Origin: an uncultured Pseudomonadales bacterium
GTDB taxonomy: Bacteria; Patescibacteriota; Microgenomatia; UBA1400; Chazhemtobacteraceae
Direction: 5' to 3'
NCBI GenBank assembly: GCA_964422035.1
Contig: CAYQZQ010000001.1
Coordinates: 441,013-505,012, forward strand
Length of the DNA stretch: 64,000 nt
In this document: positions 54,227 through 63,919 of the stretch, piece after piece
How the letters are laid out: each line of letters begins with the position of its first letter
Position numbering within the stretch: the stretch's first letter is position 1
The notes under the pieces: generated by a model
What the model saw: the letters and a program-made list of their open reading frames with translations, nothing else
Database searches by the model: none
What the model was told of the DNA's origin: nothing
Made by a program: the position numbers and the translations under genes

Positions 54227-55876
54227 TCAAGCTTTAGCCTTGACATCCTTGAGATTTAGCTGCAGGCTGGTGCGTCCTTGAAAGGTGTTTTTTTGTAAAA
54301 CATAAGCCAGGTGAGGCTCGTCAATGGATTTTAGGAGATCTTTTTTGTCGGCCTGGTAGAAACCGATGGCATCTAGATCGTGATAAGGACGTTTAAGAGA
54401 AATTTTAAGATGATTTTTGTCTGAGCCAACTAGACGGAAGTTAGCAACAGGAAGCTGGCTGGCAAAAACAGGCCGAGGGTTGCCGATACCAAAGGGAGAG
54501 AGAGCTTCAATCATTTTTAGAGTGTCAAAGGTTAAATCATCCGGGGAGAGCTGGACTTCAATGGATAGAGCTTTTTTGAAAAGCTGGGGATCAATTTTTT
54601 GGGCAGACTCAAGAAGTGCTTCTTTGACGGAAGGAAGTTGATCAACAGTGGTTGAAAGGCCGGCTGCTTGGGAGTGCCCCCCAAAAGAGGTTAAAAATTG
54701 CTCGGCTGAGGAGATCAGTTGGGTGATGTTAACTCCTGAAATAGAGCGGGCAGAACCTTTGGCTTGTCCGTCTTGTAAAGAAACAACCAAGGAAGGACGA
54801 TGAAAGCGTTCAGTCAGTTTGGCGGCAATCAGGCCAATGATACCCTCATGAAACTGAGAGCTGGCTGCCAGAAGAATAGGAGGAAGCTGAGGTAGTTTGG
54901 TAAATTGAGAGATGGTCTGACGAGTATGAGTGGTGGTTAGGTCTTGTCTTTGCTTGTTTAGCTGATCAAGTTCTTGAGCGATCTTTTTGGCACGGGTGGG
55001 ATTAGTGGTAGTTAGTAGGCGCAGAGCCTTAAGGCCATGATCCAGTCGACCAGAGGCATTAATGCGAGGACCTAAGACAAAGCCCAAGTGATAGGTTTGT
55101 ATTGTTTGAGGATCAACAGCTGATACCCGGCATAAGGCCTTTAAACCTGAGTTGTCGGTATGGCGTAGCTTTTTTAGACCGGCCTTTACTATCATTCTGT
55201 TGACACCGATTAAAGGTAGTACATCACAGACTGTCCCCAGAGCGGCCAGATCCAAGTGATCAGTTTTTTGAGAGAGGCTTGAGGCAAGCAACCAAGCAAT
55301 AGCAGATCCAGAAGTGTGAGTTGAGTGGACGATGCTTTGGGCGAGGGGAAATTTTTGGGGCGGCTGGTGATGGTCAGTGATAATCAGATCAGCGGGAGAG
55401 TCTTTGATATCTCGGGCAATTTTTTGACTACTGATGCCGTTGTCGACGGTGATGATTAAGGGATCATCTTGATCAAAAAGCTTTAAAGCGTCATCAAGAC
55501 CAGATTGGTTTAAGCCATAGCCGTGTTTTTCTCGATGAGGTATGAATGGCAAGGCTTTACCACCTAGATGGTAGATTGTCTGCCAAAGAATGGCGGTGGC
55601 GGCGATACCATCAGCGTCATAGTCGCCGTAGATGATGATTACTCGCTTTTTTTTAATGGCCTGTTTTATGTGTTTAACGGCTTTCTTAAGCTGGTCTTGA
55701 TCAAGATCTGGCAGATGTTTTACCACTGTCTTGGGTGTCGGTTGAGGAGGATTGAGAAAAAATTCTTTGTCAGAGTCGGATTTTAGGCCACGATTGGCCA
55801 AAAGCAAATCCTCAAGCTCATCAAGGCGAGCTTTGGGGTCATCTTTGGTTAGTTTATGTTTAAGTTTCCAACGCAT
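54227..55876 (-). CDS. recJ: Single-stranded-DNA-specific exonuclease RecJ
   Basis: DHH motifs IIYGDYDADGIAATAIL, ITVDNG and IITDHH, plus a DHHA1 domain. Confidence 0.85.
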   Translation of the reverse strand: MRWKLKHKLTKDDPKARLDELEDLLLANRGLKSDSDKEFFLNPPQPTPKTVVKHLPDLDQDQLKKAVKHIKQAIKKKRVIIIYGDYDADGIAATAILWQTIYHLGGKALPFIPHREKHGYGLNQSGLDDALKLFDQDDPLIITVDNGISSQKIARDIKDSPADLIITDHHQPPQKFPLAQSIVHSTHTSGSAIAWLLASSLSQKTDHLDLAALGTVCDVLPLIGVNRMIVKAGLKKLRHTDNSGLKALCRVSAVDPQTIQTYHLGFVLGPRINASGRLDHGLKALRLLTTTNPTRAKKIAQELDQLNKQRQDLTTTHTRQTISQFTKLPQLPPILLAASSQFHEGIIGLIAAKLTERFHRPSLVVSLQDGQAKGSARSISGVNITQLISSAEQFLTSFGGHSQAAGLSTTVDQLPSVKEALLESAQKIDPQLFKKALSIEVQLSPDDLTFDTLKMIEALSPFGIGNPRPVFASQLPVANFRLVGSDKNHLKISLKRPYHDLDAIGFYQADKKDLLKSIDEPHLAYVLQKNTFQGRTSLQLNLKDVKAKA

Positions 55877-55915
55877 GGTATTCTCAGTATACCCGCGGTG
55901 GTTTAAAATTAAAGT

Positions 55916-57430
55916 ATGACAGAAAGAAGACTAACACCAGATGAGATTGCTCTTTTGCCTGAGCCAACTCAGGAAGTGTTTTCATTGTTTAAAAACAAAG
56001 GTCATGAGATTTACTTAGTGGGGGCGGGGGTAAGAAATGTGTTGATGGGCAAGCGACCAGTTGATTGCGACTTTACTACTGATGCAGACCCAGACAGAAT
56101 TTTGGAGATTATGGATAAATGGGAGCCTTTTTATGATAATCCGTACGGAACCGTCGGCATCCCTGTGGAAGTGGAGGGGGAAAAAGAGGTGTATGAGATT
56201 ACCCCATTTAGAAGTGAGGAAGGGTATTCTGATAATAGAAGGCCTGATGAGGTCAATTGGGGAGTAAGTTTGAAGGAAGATGTGAAGAGACGAGACTTTA
56301 CCATGAATGCGGTTGTTTTGGGACCCAAAGAGACCGGTGAGAAAACAGAGATGAAGCTGGTTTTAATTGATCATTTGAGTGGATTGGAAGACTTTGAAGA
56401 AGGACTTATCAGAGCGGTAGGAGATGCTGATGAGAGATTTTCAGAAGATGCCTTGCGGATGATGAGGGCAATCAGATTTGCAGCTCAACTGTCTTTTGAG
56501 ATTGAGAAAGACACTTTAAAGGCTATTGAGAAAAATTCAAAACTTTTGTCAGAGATTAGTCGGGAAAGAGTGCGAGAAGAGATATTTAAGATTTTAAAGA
56601 GCAACCACCCGGCAGATGGAATGCATCTTCTGACCACCACGGGACTGATGGAGCAGACAATTCCGGAGGTTTTGGAAGCTATTGATGTGCCACAGACCGG
56701 TCATCACACCTTGGATGTATACAACCACATGCTGGAAAGTTTGCGCCACTGCCCCAGCAGCGACCCGGTAATCCGCTTGGCAGCTTTCTTGCATGATGTT
56801 GGTAAACCCAGATCACGCAAGCTGCGCTGTATTGAGTGCGGCTGGGTAATGAAGGATAAGGATCTTAAGGAGGAAGGAGAGACAGCCAAGATGACCCAGT
56901 ACCAGTGCCCAAGGTGTAGTAAGATACAGAACGAACATCAGGCGGGTAGTTTTTGGGGGCACGAAGTGATCGGAGCCAGAATGGTTGAAGAGATTGCAGA
57001 GAGACTGCGACTATCTAACAAGCAAAAAGAGAAGTTGGTAACTTTAGTGCGCTGGCACATGTTTGCATATGACCCCAAGATGACTGATGCGGCGATTAGG
57101 CGCTTTATAAGAAGAGTGGGTAAAGAAAACATTAATGACATGATGCTGCTGCGGGTAGGAGACAGAAAGGGTGGAGGCAGTAAAGCCACCAGTTGGAGAT
57201 TAAGAGAACTGCAAGAGAGAATAGGAGAGCAGCTCTATGAACCAATGGAGATTAGAGATATGGAAGTTGATGGTAAAGACGTGATGAAAATTTTAGATAT
57301 AGAACCAGGACCTAAAATTGGCCAGGTATTGGAAAAACTATTTGAAGAAGTAATTGAAGAGACAGATAAGAACAAAAGAGAGTACCTGCTTAAAAGAATT
57401 GAGGAGATTGGAGAGGAGATAAAAGACTAG
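55916..57430 (+). CDS. cca: CCA-adding enzyme / tRNA nucleotidyltransferase (PolyA_pol head plus HD domain, with an inserted Zn-ribbon)
   Basis: IYLVGAGVRNVLMG..VDCDFTT (G[SG]xxRD...DxD). HD domain HHTLDVYNHM ... FLHDVGKP. Insert CIECGW...CPRCS. Confidence 0.85.
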   Translation: MTERRLTPDEIALLPEPTQEVFSLFKNKGHEIYLVGAGVRNVLMGKRPVDCDFTTDADPDRILEIMDKWEPFYDNPYGTVGIPVEVEGEKEVYEITPFRSEEGYSDNRRPDEVNWGVSLKEDVKRRDFTMNAVVLGPKETGEKTEMKLVLIDHLSGLEDFEEGLIRAVGDADERFSEDALRMMRAIRFAAQLSFEIEKDTLKAIEKNSKLLSEISRERVREEIFKILKSNHPADGMHLLTTTGLMEQTIPEVLEAIDVPQTGHHTLDVYNHMLESLRHCPSSDPVIRLAAFLHDVGKPRSRKLRCIECGWVMKDKDLKEEGETAKMTQYQCPRCSKIQNEHQAGSFWGHEVIGARMVEEIAERLRLSNKQKEKLVTLVRWHMFAYDPKMTDAAIRRFIRRVGKENINDMMLLRVGDRKGGGSKATSWRLRELQERIGEQLYEPMEIRDMEVDGKDVMKILDIEPGPKIGQVLEKLFEEVIEETDKNKREYLLKRIEEIGEEIKD

Positions 57431-57921
57431 TCTTTGGAGAAAAGTAGTTTCTGCAGAGCTTTATTATTTGAGCCGCTGACTGAGGTGGCTTCCAGTTTGT
57501 AGCCGGGCTGTTCGGGGCTTAGGCGAGCAAAGAGAATCTTTAGATTGCGCATCTGCTTGGTGTTGTTGGCAATATTAAGTCGATTGCCAGGCAGCAGTTC
57601 CATGTATTTTTTGGGAGAAGTACTGACCCAGATGCTCTTATCTTTGGTAGGGTTTTCTATAACTAAGTTTCTATCTTGTGGAGACAAAACTACCTGGCTA
57701 CGGGAGATTTTTTTGTCTTTAAAAAGATAGGCATAGACGTTTTTTTGGCCTTCTTTGGCTTTGAAGCATTCGTCTGTGTACTTGATGGGGGCACGTCCGA
57801 AGATAATTTTGGGAGTTTTGTCTTGGTTGTAGAAATAACTGAATTTGATTTCATTACCCGGCTCTATGTGAGGCGCCCCTTCTTTGAGCGAAGGACGCTC
57901 TGATTGGCCTTGATCTGGCAT
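57427..57921 (-). CDS. Hypothetical protein
   Basis: 164-aa ORF, no domain recognised. Confidence 0.35.
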   Translation of the reverse strand: MPDQGQSERPSLKEGAPHIEPGNEIKFSYFYNQDKTPKIIFGRAPIKYTDECFKAKEGQKNVYAYLFKDKKISRSQVVLSPQDRNLVIENPTKDKSIWVSTSPKKYMELLPGNRLNIANNTKQMRNLKILFARLSPEQPGYKLEATSVSGSNNKALQKLLFSKD

Positions 57922-57931
57922 GATTTATTTT

Positions 57932-58375
57932 TTATTTATATTCAGACTCGATCTGGAAGATGAAGTAGATACCGATAGCTAGACTCAGGACAGGACCTAA
58001 AGATAGATTGACCATCAAGGAACCGATTGAGCTTAAGACTGAGCTCCAGAAAAGGATATCGATGGCAGCCTGTTTTTTTTCTTTTAATGGTTTGACTGCA
58101 GAAAGCATCATGAAGCCGGTGATGATGGAGATGACGGCCATGATATATAAAGCGGTTGACTTGCCAATCATTAAGGTAGGAAGAATTAAAGTACCAATGC
58201 CAAACATGGGTAGAGCACCCAAGAGGCTGAAAATACCACCGATAAGGGTAAGGATAGGAGCAACTTTGACGATAAAGTCAACCCAGGATGAAGGAAGGTC
58301 CGGTAATGATTTGTACAAGTCCTTGACTTGCTTTTTCATCTTGGAAAAGGGGGATTTTGATAAAAAGTTAAACAT
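57932..58375 (-). CDS. Hypothetical 4-TM membrane protein
   Basis: 147 aa, hydrophobic. Confidence 0.4.
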   Translation of the reverse strand: MFNFLSKSPFSKMKKQVKDLYKSLPDLPSSWVDFIVKVAPILTLIGGIFSLLGALPMFGIGTLILPTLMIGKSTALYIMAVISIITGFMMLSAVKPLKEKKQAAIDILFWSSVLSSIGSLMVNLSLGPVLSLAIGIYFIFQIESEYK

Positions 58376-58500
58376 GGATATTGATAATTATTAGTAAATT
58401 CATGATAGCACAAAAAGGAGAAAGACAAGTTTTAGACAAAAAAATAAGACTGGATATTTTACGTCACCCGGTAATGGGTCCAGTCACGACGGCTAGGAGC

Positions 58501-58689
58501 TTAGATTATGTTGTTATTAGTTAATGTGAAAAACAGAAGTCCGAGGAGAGCTACAATCATACTGAGTTTGAAGAAAATAGTTCTTTTGATAAAACCCAGA
58601 AGGTTGAGAACAACAAAGATAAGGGATATCTCTAAACCCGAAATTAAGAGGATTATCCCCAGCTGATGTAAGTCCAAATTAGCTAACAC
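58501..58689 (-). CDS. Small 2-TM membrane peptide (GTG start with SD AAGGAGG)
   Basis: 62 aa. Strong RBS aaggagg 7 nt upstream of the GTG. Confidence 0.45.
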   Translation of the reverse strand: MLANLDLHQLGIILLISGLEISLIFVVLNLLGFIKRTIFFKLSMIVALLGLLFFTLTNNNII

Positions 58690-58699
58690 AATTACCTCC

Positions 58700-58912
58700 T
58701 TATTGAACGGATAGGGCTATTAGAATAAAGCTGACAATTATCATTACAAAACCAATAACAACCATCGTGTCGAGTAGAAATGATCTATGAGTGGTTCCAG
58801 TAATGGCAGAAAATATCTTGATAAAGTTACCTACCCACCCAAAGAGTATTAACCCGAAGCCGATGATAAGAGTCTGTGAGGGGTCGCTGAATAGTTTGAC
58901 AATTATGTTCAT
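58700..58912 (-). CDS. Small 2-TM membrane peptide
   Basis: 70 aa. RBS aaaggaggcacc-ATG. Confidence 0.45.
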   Translation of the reverse strand: MNIIVKLFSDPSQTLIIGFGLILFGWVGNFIKIFSAITGTTHRSFLLDTMVVIGFVMIIVSFILIALSVQ

Positions 58913-59019
58913 GGTGCCTCCTTTGAGTTTTGGTTAAAAAGAGTAAGGGGAGTCGTTGAGGATGCGGGCACTGACTTTGAAAACTAGATTGACAGCTGGT
59001 TTAACCATTGCGAACCAGA

Positions 59020-59094
59020 TTAGGTTGATGTCAGCAGTATAAGGACTATCAATATCAAAGTCAGCAAGAGAACAATGAAGAGAAGTTTAGTCAT
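59020..59094 (-). CDS. Tiny hydrophobic peptide (24 aa, MTKLLFIVLLLTLILIVLILLTST); not in the supplied ORF track
   Basis: ATG preceded by GAAGGAGG, giving a single TM helix. Co-directional with the two small membrane peptides downstream of secF. Confidence 0.35.
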   Translation of the reverse strand: MTKLLFIVLLLTLILIVLILLTST

Positions 59095-59213
59095 ATAGCC
59101 TCCTTCAAGGCAATTAGGCACAAATTGTGTCCAAAAATATTAAGGTACTAAGCTCAACTAACAGGTATACAGAATAGCAGTTTGAGGAAGATTTGTCAAT
59201 ATTATGGGACATT

Positions 59214-60056
59214 CTATCGGTTTTCTATCTTATCCCAGGTGACCAATAAAGGGACAGCCGTAAAGGTAGAAGAGTAAGTACCGGTTGTGGCTCCGATCAG
59301 TAAGGCCAGTGCAAACCAATGGATACTCTCCCCTCCCAGCAAAAAGAGGGCTAAAAGCATGAAGATAATAGTTAGGGAGTTGTTGACTGAACGGACAATG
59401 GTATCGGTAATAGCTTGGTTGGCGGTATTTTTAAGATCAGCAGTACCTAGTTGTCTGATGCGGTCAAAGACCACTATAGTGTCGTGGACGGAAAATGAAA
59501 GAGTGGTCAGAAGAGCAGTGACAAACAGTAAATCTGTTTTTATATTAAAGAAATGCCCCAGAAGAGAGAAAGAGCCCATTAAGATAAGGCTGTCATGAAG
59601 CATGGCTAAGACAGCGCTGACTCCAAACTTAAGACTCTTGAAGGAGTAAGCTGTGAAGATAAGAATACCAATGGCCACCAGAACAGCTGCAGTGATTGTT
59701 CTTTTAAGCATCTGACTACCCAGAGAGGGACCGACTGTCTCAAAGCCTTGCAGTTGAAGTTCTTGGTACTGATTTTCAAGTTTTTCAGTTAATTGGTCAA
59801 CCGCTTGTTGGTCTATAGGTTTAAGGCTCAGTTTAAGGATTGAGTCTTCCAGATTGAGCTTGGCGGAGGGATACTCTTGATGAACGATGTCTTGGACAGG
59901 CTGAATATTATTAGGTTGAATTTGGTATTGAAGTTTGGAACCACCGGTAAATTCAATGGAAGGATTGAAACCAAAGATAAGTAAAGAGATAATACCGGGA
60001 ATGAGGAAGAGTAGAGAGATGGAAAAGTATAGTGGTTTGTATTTCATCCAGTTCAT
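59214..60056 (-). CDS. secF: Protein translocase subunit SecF
   Basis: 280 aa with 6 TM helices and a SecF periplasmic-loop pattern. Immediately downstream of secD. Confidence 0.9.
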   Translation of the reverse strand: MNWMKYKPLYFSISLLFLIPGIISLLIFGFNPSIEFTGGSKLQYQIQPNNIQPVQDIVHQEYPSAKLNLEDSILKLSLKPIDQQAVDQLTEKLENQYQELQLQGFETVGPSLGSQMLKRTITAAVLVAIGILIFTAYSFKSLKFGVSAVLAMLHDSLILMGSFSLLGHFFNIKTDLLFVTALLTTLSFSVHDTIVVFDRIRQLGTADLKNTANQAITDTIVRSVNNSLTIIFMLLALFLLGGESIHWFALALLIGATTGTYSSTFTAVPLLVTWDKIENR

Positions 60057-60062
60057 ATTAGG

Positions 60063-61427
60063 TTAGTTATGATTATTTTTAGGACCATGATAGAAAAGTC
60101 TGATTAAAGTGCGAGTGACAAAAACTCCGGTAAAAAGAGAGGTAAAGACTCCGATGGATAAAGTCAGGGCAAAACCTCTAACCGGACCGGAGGTAATTAG
60201 AAACGACCAGTTGAGAGGATTGAAAAGAATAAAGGCAGTTAGAAGAGTAGCTAGATTGGCGTCTTTGATGGCATCCATGGCTTTACCAAAGGCAAGCTCT
60301 ATAGCTACAGACCAACGGCGGTCTTTAAGGTCTTGGCGGTAGCGCTCGAAGATCAAGATGTTACTGTCAACGGCCATGCCGACGGAGAGAATAAAACCAG
60401 CTATGCCGGGCAGGGTTAAAGTGATGGGGATAAGTTTATACAAAGCCAAGGTGAGCAAGCCATAGATGATTAAGCTGATGTCAGCCAAAAGACCCAGGTA
60501 ACCGTAAAAGGCAATCATAAAAAGCATTACCAAGGCTAAGCCGATGGCACCGGCGATTAGGCTTTGTTGGATTGATACTTGCCCCAAAGTGGGGGGGACA
60601 CTTGTCTGGGAGACGATTTGGATGGGGACTGGAAGAGCACCGGCATTGAGTTGAATACTTAAATTCTTGGCTTGCTGAGTGGTAAACTGGCCGGAGATTA
60701 CAGCCTCTCCATTTTCAATAACTGATTGAACCACGGGAGCTGTAAGCAAGCGACCATCTAGATAAATTGCTAAGGGTTGATTTATATTTTCTCTAGTTAG
60801 TTGAGCAAATTTCTCTGCACCCTGTTGATTGAAAACTAGCTGCACGGCAGGATTAGCATCTTGTGTTTGAAAAGTGACGGCTGTTTTTTGTAGGTATTGT
60901 CCGGTCAAATCAGTTTTTTCAAAACCGGCAAGCTGGGGTTGAGCGGAAGGCGATGAGGGCGGGCTGAAAACAGGAGTGCGGAATTCAAGTTGGGCTGTGG
61001 TACCAATTAGCCGGGCAGCTCTGCTGGTGTCAGTTAAGCCAGGCAGCTCGGTGATGATTTGATAAGTTTGATTGGATTTTTGGGTATAGATGTTGGGCTC
61101 GGAAACACCAAAAAGATCTACCCTATCGGAGATGATTTGCCGGGTGGATGAGAGAGCATCAGGACGATTTTCTGGTGAGACCTGGCTCATGTCGGCTTGA
61201 AGGGTAAGGCGAGTACCTCCGGCCAGATCAAGACCCAGATTGGTTTTAAAATCACGCTTAAGTTGAAAATTACCTAGTTTGATATTTAAAGAAGGGCGAT
61301 TGAAGGAAAACTTGATTTTTTGGCCTAGTACTTTCTGGTCAACTTTTATCTGAGGAGGTAGATTAATAAAGATGGCAAAAGCAGTCAGCAAAACAATCAA
61401 CCAGAAACTTTTTTTAGTAGTAGGCAT
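60063..61427 (-). CDS. secD: Protein translocase subunit SecD
   Basis: 454 aa with an N-terminal TM helix, a large periplasmic domain, a C-terminal 5-TM bundle and an RND-like motif. Confidence 0.9.
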   Translation of the reverse strand: MPTTKKSFWLIVLLTAFAIFINLPPQIKVDQKVLGQKIKFSFNRPSLNIKLGNFQLKRDFKTNLGLDLAGGTRLTLQADMSQVSPENRPDALSSTRQIISDRVDLFGVSEPNIYTQKSNQTYQIITELPGLTDTSRAARLIGTTAQLEFRTPVFSPPSSPSAQPQLAGFEKTDLTGQYLQKTAVTFQTQDANPAVQLVFNQQGAEKFAQLTRENINQPLAIYLDGRLLTAPVVQSVIENGEAVISGQFTTQQAKNLSIQLNAGALPVPIQIVSQTSVPPTLGQVSIQQSLIAGAIGLALVMLFMIAFYGYLGLLADISLIIYGLLTLALYKLIPITLTLPGIAGFILSVGMAVDSNILIFERYRQDLKDRRWSVAIELAFGKAMDAIKDANLATLLTAFILFNPLNWSFLITSGPVRGFALTLSIGVFTSLFTGVFVTRTLIRLFYHGPKNNHN

Positions 61428-61571
61428 TAGGATTATTATAGATTAAGAAACGAAAGAACCTTCAGAATTTTATAAGCCAGGATGGCTAATCCGGGGGGCT
61501 AGATATAAACTGCTTTGTTATTCCTTTTCCTCTGTATCGAGCTATACAGTTGAAGACAACTATTCAATGAG

Positions 61572-61751
61572 CTAAGCAGTATCGGACAGAGTCAGCTGGC
61601 GAACACCGGAGAAAGTGTAGACTATCTTGCCTTCTTCCAGTTTAGGCTTTACCTCGACTTGATCACCAGGTTTTATACCCACAGCTTTTACAAACTGGCT
61701 GGGAATGGTGACAGCCAAAGAGTTGCCGGATTGGATTACTTTTTGCTTCAT
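61572..61751 (-). CDS. AbrB/MazE/SpoVT-fold small DNA-binding protein (59 aa); not in the supplied ORF track
   Basis: Translation is MKQKVIQSGNSLAVTIPSQFVKAVGIKPGDQVEVKPKLEEGKIVYTFSGVRQLTLSDTA (swapped-hairpin SpoVT_AbrB pattern GNS.AV.IP...G...GD.V). Its ATG overlaps the stop of the upstream gene (ATGA). Confidence 0.55.
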   Translation of the reverse strand: MKQKVIQSGNSLAVTIPSQFVKAVGIKPGDQVEVKPKLEEGKIVYTFSGVRQLTLSDTA

Positions 61752-62332
61752 TGGCTTACTAATTGATGTTCATCGCCTATTATCATGACGCGGGATTCCT
61801 GCAGAATGGACAGGATAAAAGGATCTCGGCGTTGTTTGCGATAGTTGAATTCGTCTTGGGTCATGACGGTGTAGTTGATGTCAACGCCTTGTTGGGCTTC
61901 GTGTTTTTGGACGATGACCTGAAGCTGGGGCATGATGACCTCACCTACTATGAGCATGTCAACATCTTGAGGATCTTTTTGCTTGCCTCTGATAAAACGG
62001 CCTGAGAGCATGACGAATTTAAGCTTGCCCAGTTTGTTTTGGTTCTTTCTAATGTCAGCACCTAGACCTGAGGTTTTGGCAACAAGAGAAAGCAGCTCTT
62101 GATAGAAGGGGTAGGAGGGTTTGAAGTGGTAGTAAAGACGATTGCCGCGCTTTTCAGATTTGACCATGCCGTTTTGGGACATGCGTTCCAGCTCGCGGCG
62201 GACAGCGTTAATCTCCTCATCGGTCTTGCGGGTTAGCTGGCGGACATAATACATTTCACCAGGGTTTGATAAAAATTGCTTTAGAAGCTTGACTCTGACC
62301 CGAGAGATCATGAAGTCTTGTAGTGATGCCAT
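61748..62332 (-). CDS. Winged-HTH regulator fused to a putative minimal nucleotidyltransferase-like domain
   Basis: N-terminal wHTH (YYVRQLTRKTDEEINAVRRELERMSQNGMV...RLYYHF). C-terminal LSGRFIRGKQKDPQDVDMLIVG resembles the GS.xRG...D.D NTase motif. Confidence 0.45.
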   Translation of the reverse strand: MASLQDFMISRVRVKLLKQFLSNPGEMYYVRQLTRKTDEEINAVRRELERMSQNGMVKSEKRGNRLYYHFKPSYPFYQELLSLVAKTSGLGADIRKNQNKLGKLKFVMLSGRFIRGKQKDPQDVDMLIVGEVIMPQLQVIVQKHEAQQGVDINYTVMTQDEFNYRKQRRDPFILSILQESRVMIIGDEHQLVSQ

Positions 62333-62417
62333 AGAAAGAGTTTAATGAACAGTATTTGTGCGCAGTGTAACTCTATTGTGGATAAAAATCAAGAGCCAGA
62401 TTAGAGGATAGGCAGCT

Positions 62418-63608
62418 TTAGTAATCGATGGCGTTAACATCGGGGACGATTTCTATCCAGATTTTGCCGCGGGCGAAGTCTACTTCTTCACCATCTTGAT
62501 TATAGAAGGTGGTGCGGCTGGTCTGCGATGATTTTTCCCAGGTACCTTCTATAACGCGGCCGTCCTGGAAGATGAGGGCATCATTTTCACCAATGACTTG
62601 GTAGTACATGTGTTTGTGAATATCTTGCAGGCTTTGCTCGTCGGCAAACTGGATGACGATGTTTTTGGCTCTGATTGGCTGACCGGTCTCAAGATCGGTG
62701 TGGGGCTGTCCACCTTGATAGCGAGTGTATAAAAGTGAGTTTTGGTCAAACTGCCAGCGGACATCAAAGTCAGGGGTGCCGTCCCAGAAACTGAAGGCGA
62801 TTTCTGTGACATCACCGGGCAGATCAGCTGGATCTTTAAACTGCCAGGAGGTAAAATTTTCTATCCAGGTGGTACCATCTTCCATGTTCTGGGTGTAGCC
62901 GCGCTCTTTGGCTTGCGCCCAGAGATCAGGCAGGGAGCCGACCATGGTGTGCTCTAAAGCTAAACGTTTGTCGTTACCTAGTCTATTTAGATCACGGGTT
63001 AATTCAGGAACACCGGCATCTAGTATGGTGTCGATGTCATTGCCGCCTGGTTTTCTCCAACCTAAGTCTTGAAGTTCTTCAAGAGCTTGAGCTTTGGGAT
63101 GAGAGGTGCATTGACCAGAAGCTTTGTCCATGCTGCAGTTACCTCCACCAACGTGGACAAATACAGGAGTTGAGTACTCAGCAGCGATGTCAACAAAATA
63201 CATACGAGCACTACGGACAGGTGCGATTTTTTCTATGCCGGCCATGGCGTCACAGTAGAAAACACCCATGAAACGAGTAATACCACCCTCAGCGACGGCT
63301 TCGTAAACCACATCAGCAAAAGAAAGTCCTGACTGAGGACGAGACTGAAGATGATTTTCAATCATAGCAACAATGGGTCGGCGCTGTTCCCAGGCTTGGC
63401 GCTCGGCTTTGGTAAACATAGCTCCGTTGATGGGACAAACTTGATCTTTGGGAGCTTCTGGATCGACGGAAAGTAGAGGTGAAATGTTAGACTCTCCCAT
63501 GGGAGAGTTGAGATTGGATGAAGGTTGAGTGTAAGAGAGAATGCCGTAGGTGCCGCCAGAGATTAATAGATAGACAAAAAATAAGATTAAGTAAAAACGT
63601 TGTTTCAT
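62418..63608 (-). CDS. DUF3048-family exported protein (YerB-like)
   Basis: Signal peptide. RPIVAMIENHLQSRPQSGLSFADVVYEAVAEGGITRFMGVF matches the DUF3048 N-domain. Confidence 0.55.
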   Translation of the reverse strand: MKQRFYLILFFVYLLISGGTYGILSYTQPSSNLNSPMGESNISPLLSVDPEAPKDQVCPINGAMFTKAERQAWEQRRPIVAMIENHLQSRPQSGLSFADVVYEAVAEGGITRFMGVFYCDAMAGIEKIAPVRSARMYFVDIAAEYSTPVFVHVGGGNCSMDKASGQCTSHPKAQALEELQDLGWRKPGGNDIDTILDAGVPELTRDLNRLGNDKRLALEHTMVGSLPDLWAQAKERGYTQNMEDGTTWIENFTSWQFKDPADLPGDVTEIAFSFWDGTPDFDVRWQFDQNSLLYTRYQGGQPHTDLETGQPIRAKNIVIQFADEQSLQDIHKHMYYQVIGENDALIFQDGRVIEGTWEKSSQTSRTTFYNQDGEEVDFARGKIWIEIVPDVNAIDY

Positions 63609-63919
63609 TGTTGTTGTGCTTGTTTGATAACTTTTTGTTCCTCGTCGGAGAGAACTTGATCGGGAGATTTACCTTTTTCTATGCGCTTGGAATAGATGCG
63701 AGTGGATTCCCGACTATGTAATGAGCTTATCACAAAACCATCATCATTTTCATCAAGTAAACAGAGAACGAAACTTTGATTGCCGCCAGTACTGGTGAAA
63801 GGATTGAAACGAATAAAACCGAGTTTTTTGAAGTTAAGTCTGTTTTTTTCAATTAAGTTTTTGAGTTCTTCCTTTAGATCCTCAATCCCCTGCTTGTTGT
63901 CACGGGTTTGTTTTAGCAA
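63605..63919 (-). CDS. DUF4446-like small protein
   Basis: GFIRFNPFTSTGGNQSFVLCLLDENDDGFVISSL...YSKRIEKGKSPDQVLSDEE matches the DUF4446 pattern. Confidence 0.45.
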   Translation of the reverse strand: MLKQTRDNKQGIEDLKEELKNLIEKNRLNFKKLGFIRFNPFTSTGGNQSFVLCLLDENDDGFVISSLHSRESTRIYSKRIEKGKSPDQVLSDEEQKVIKQAQQQ

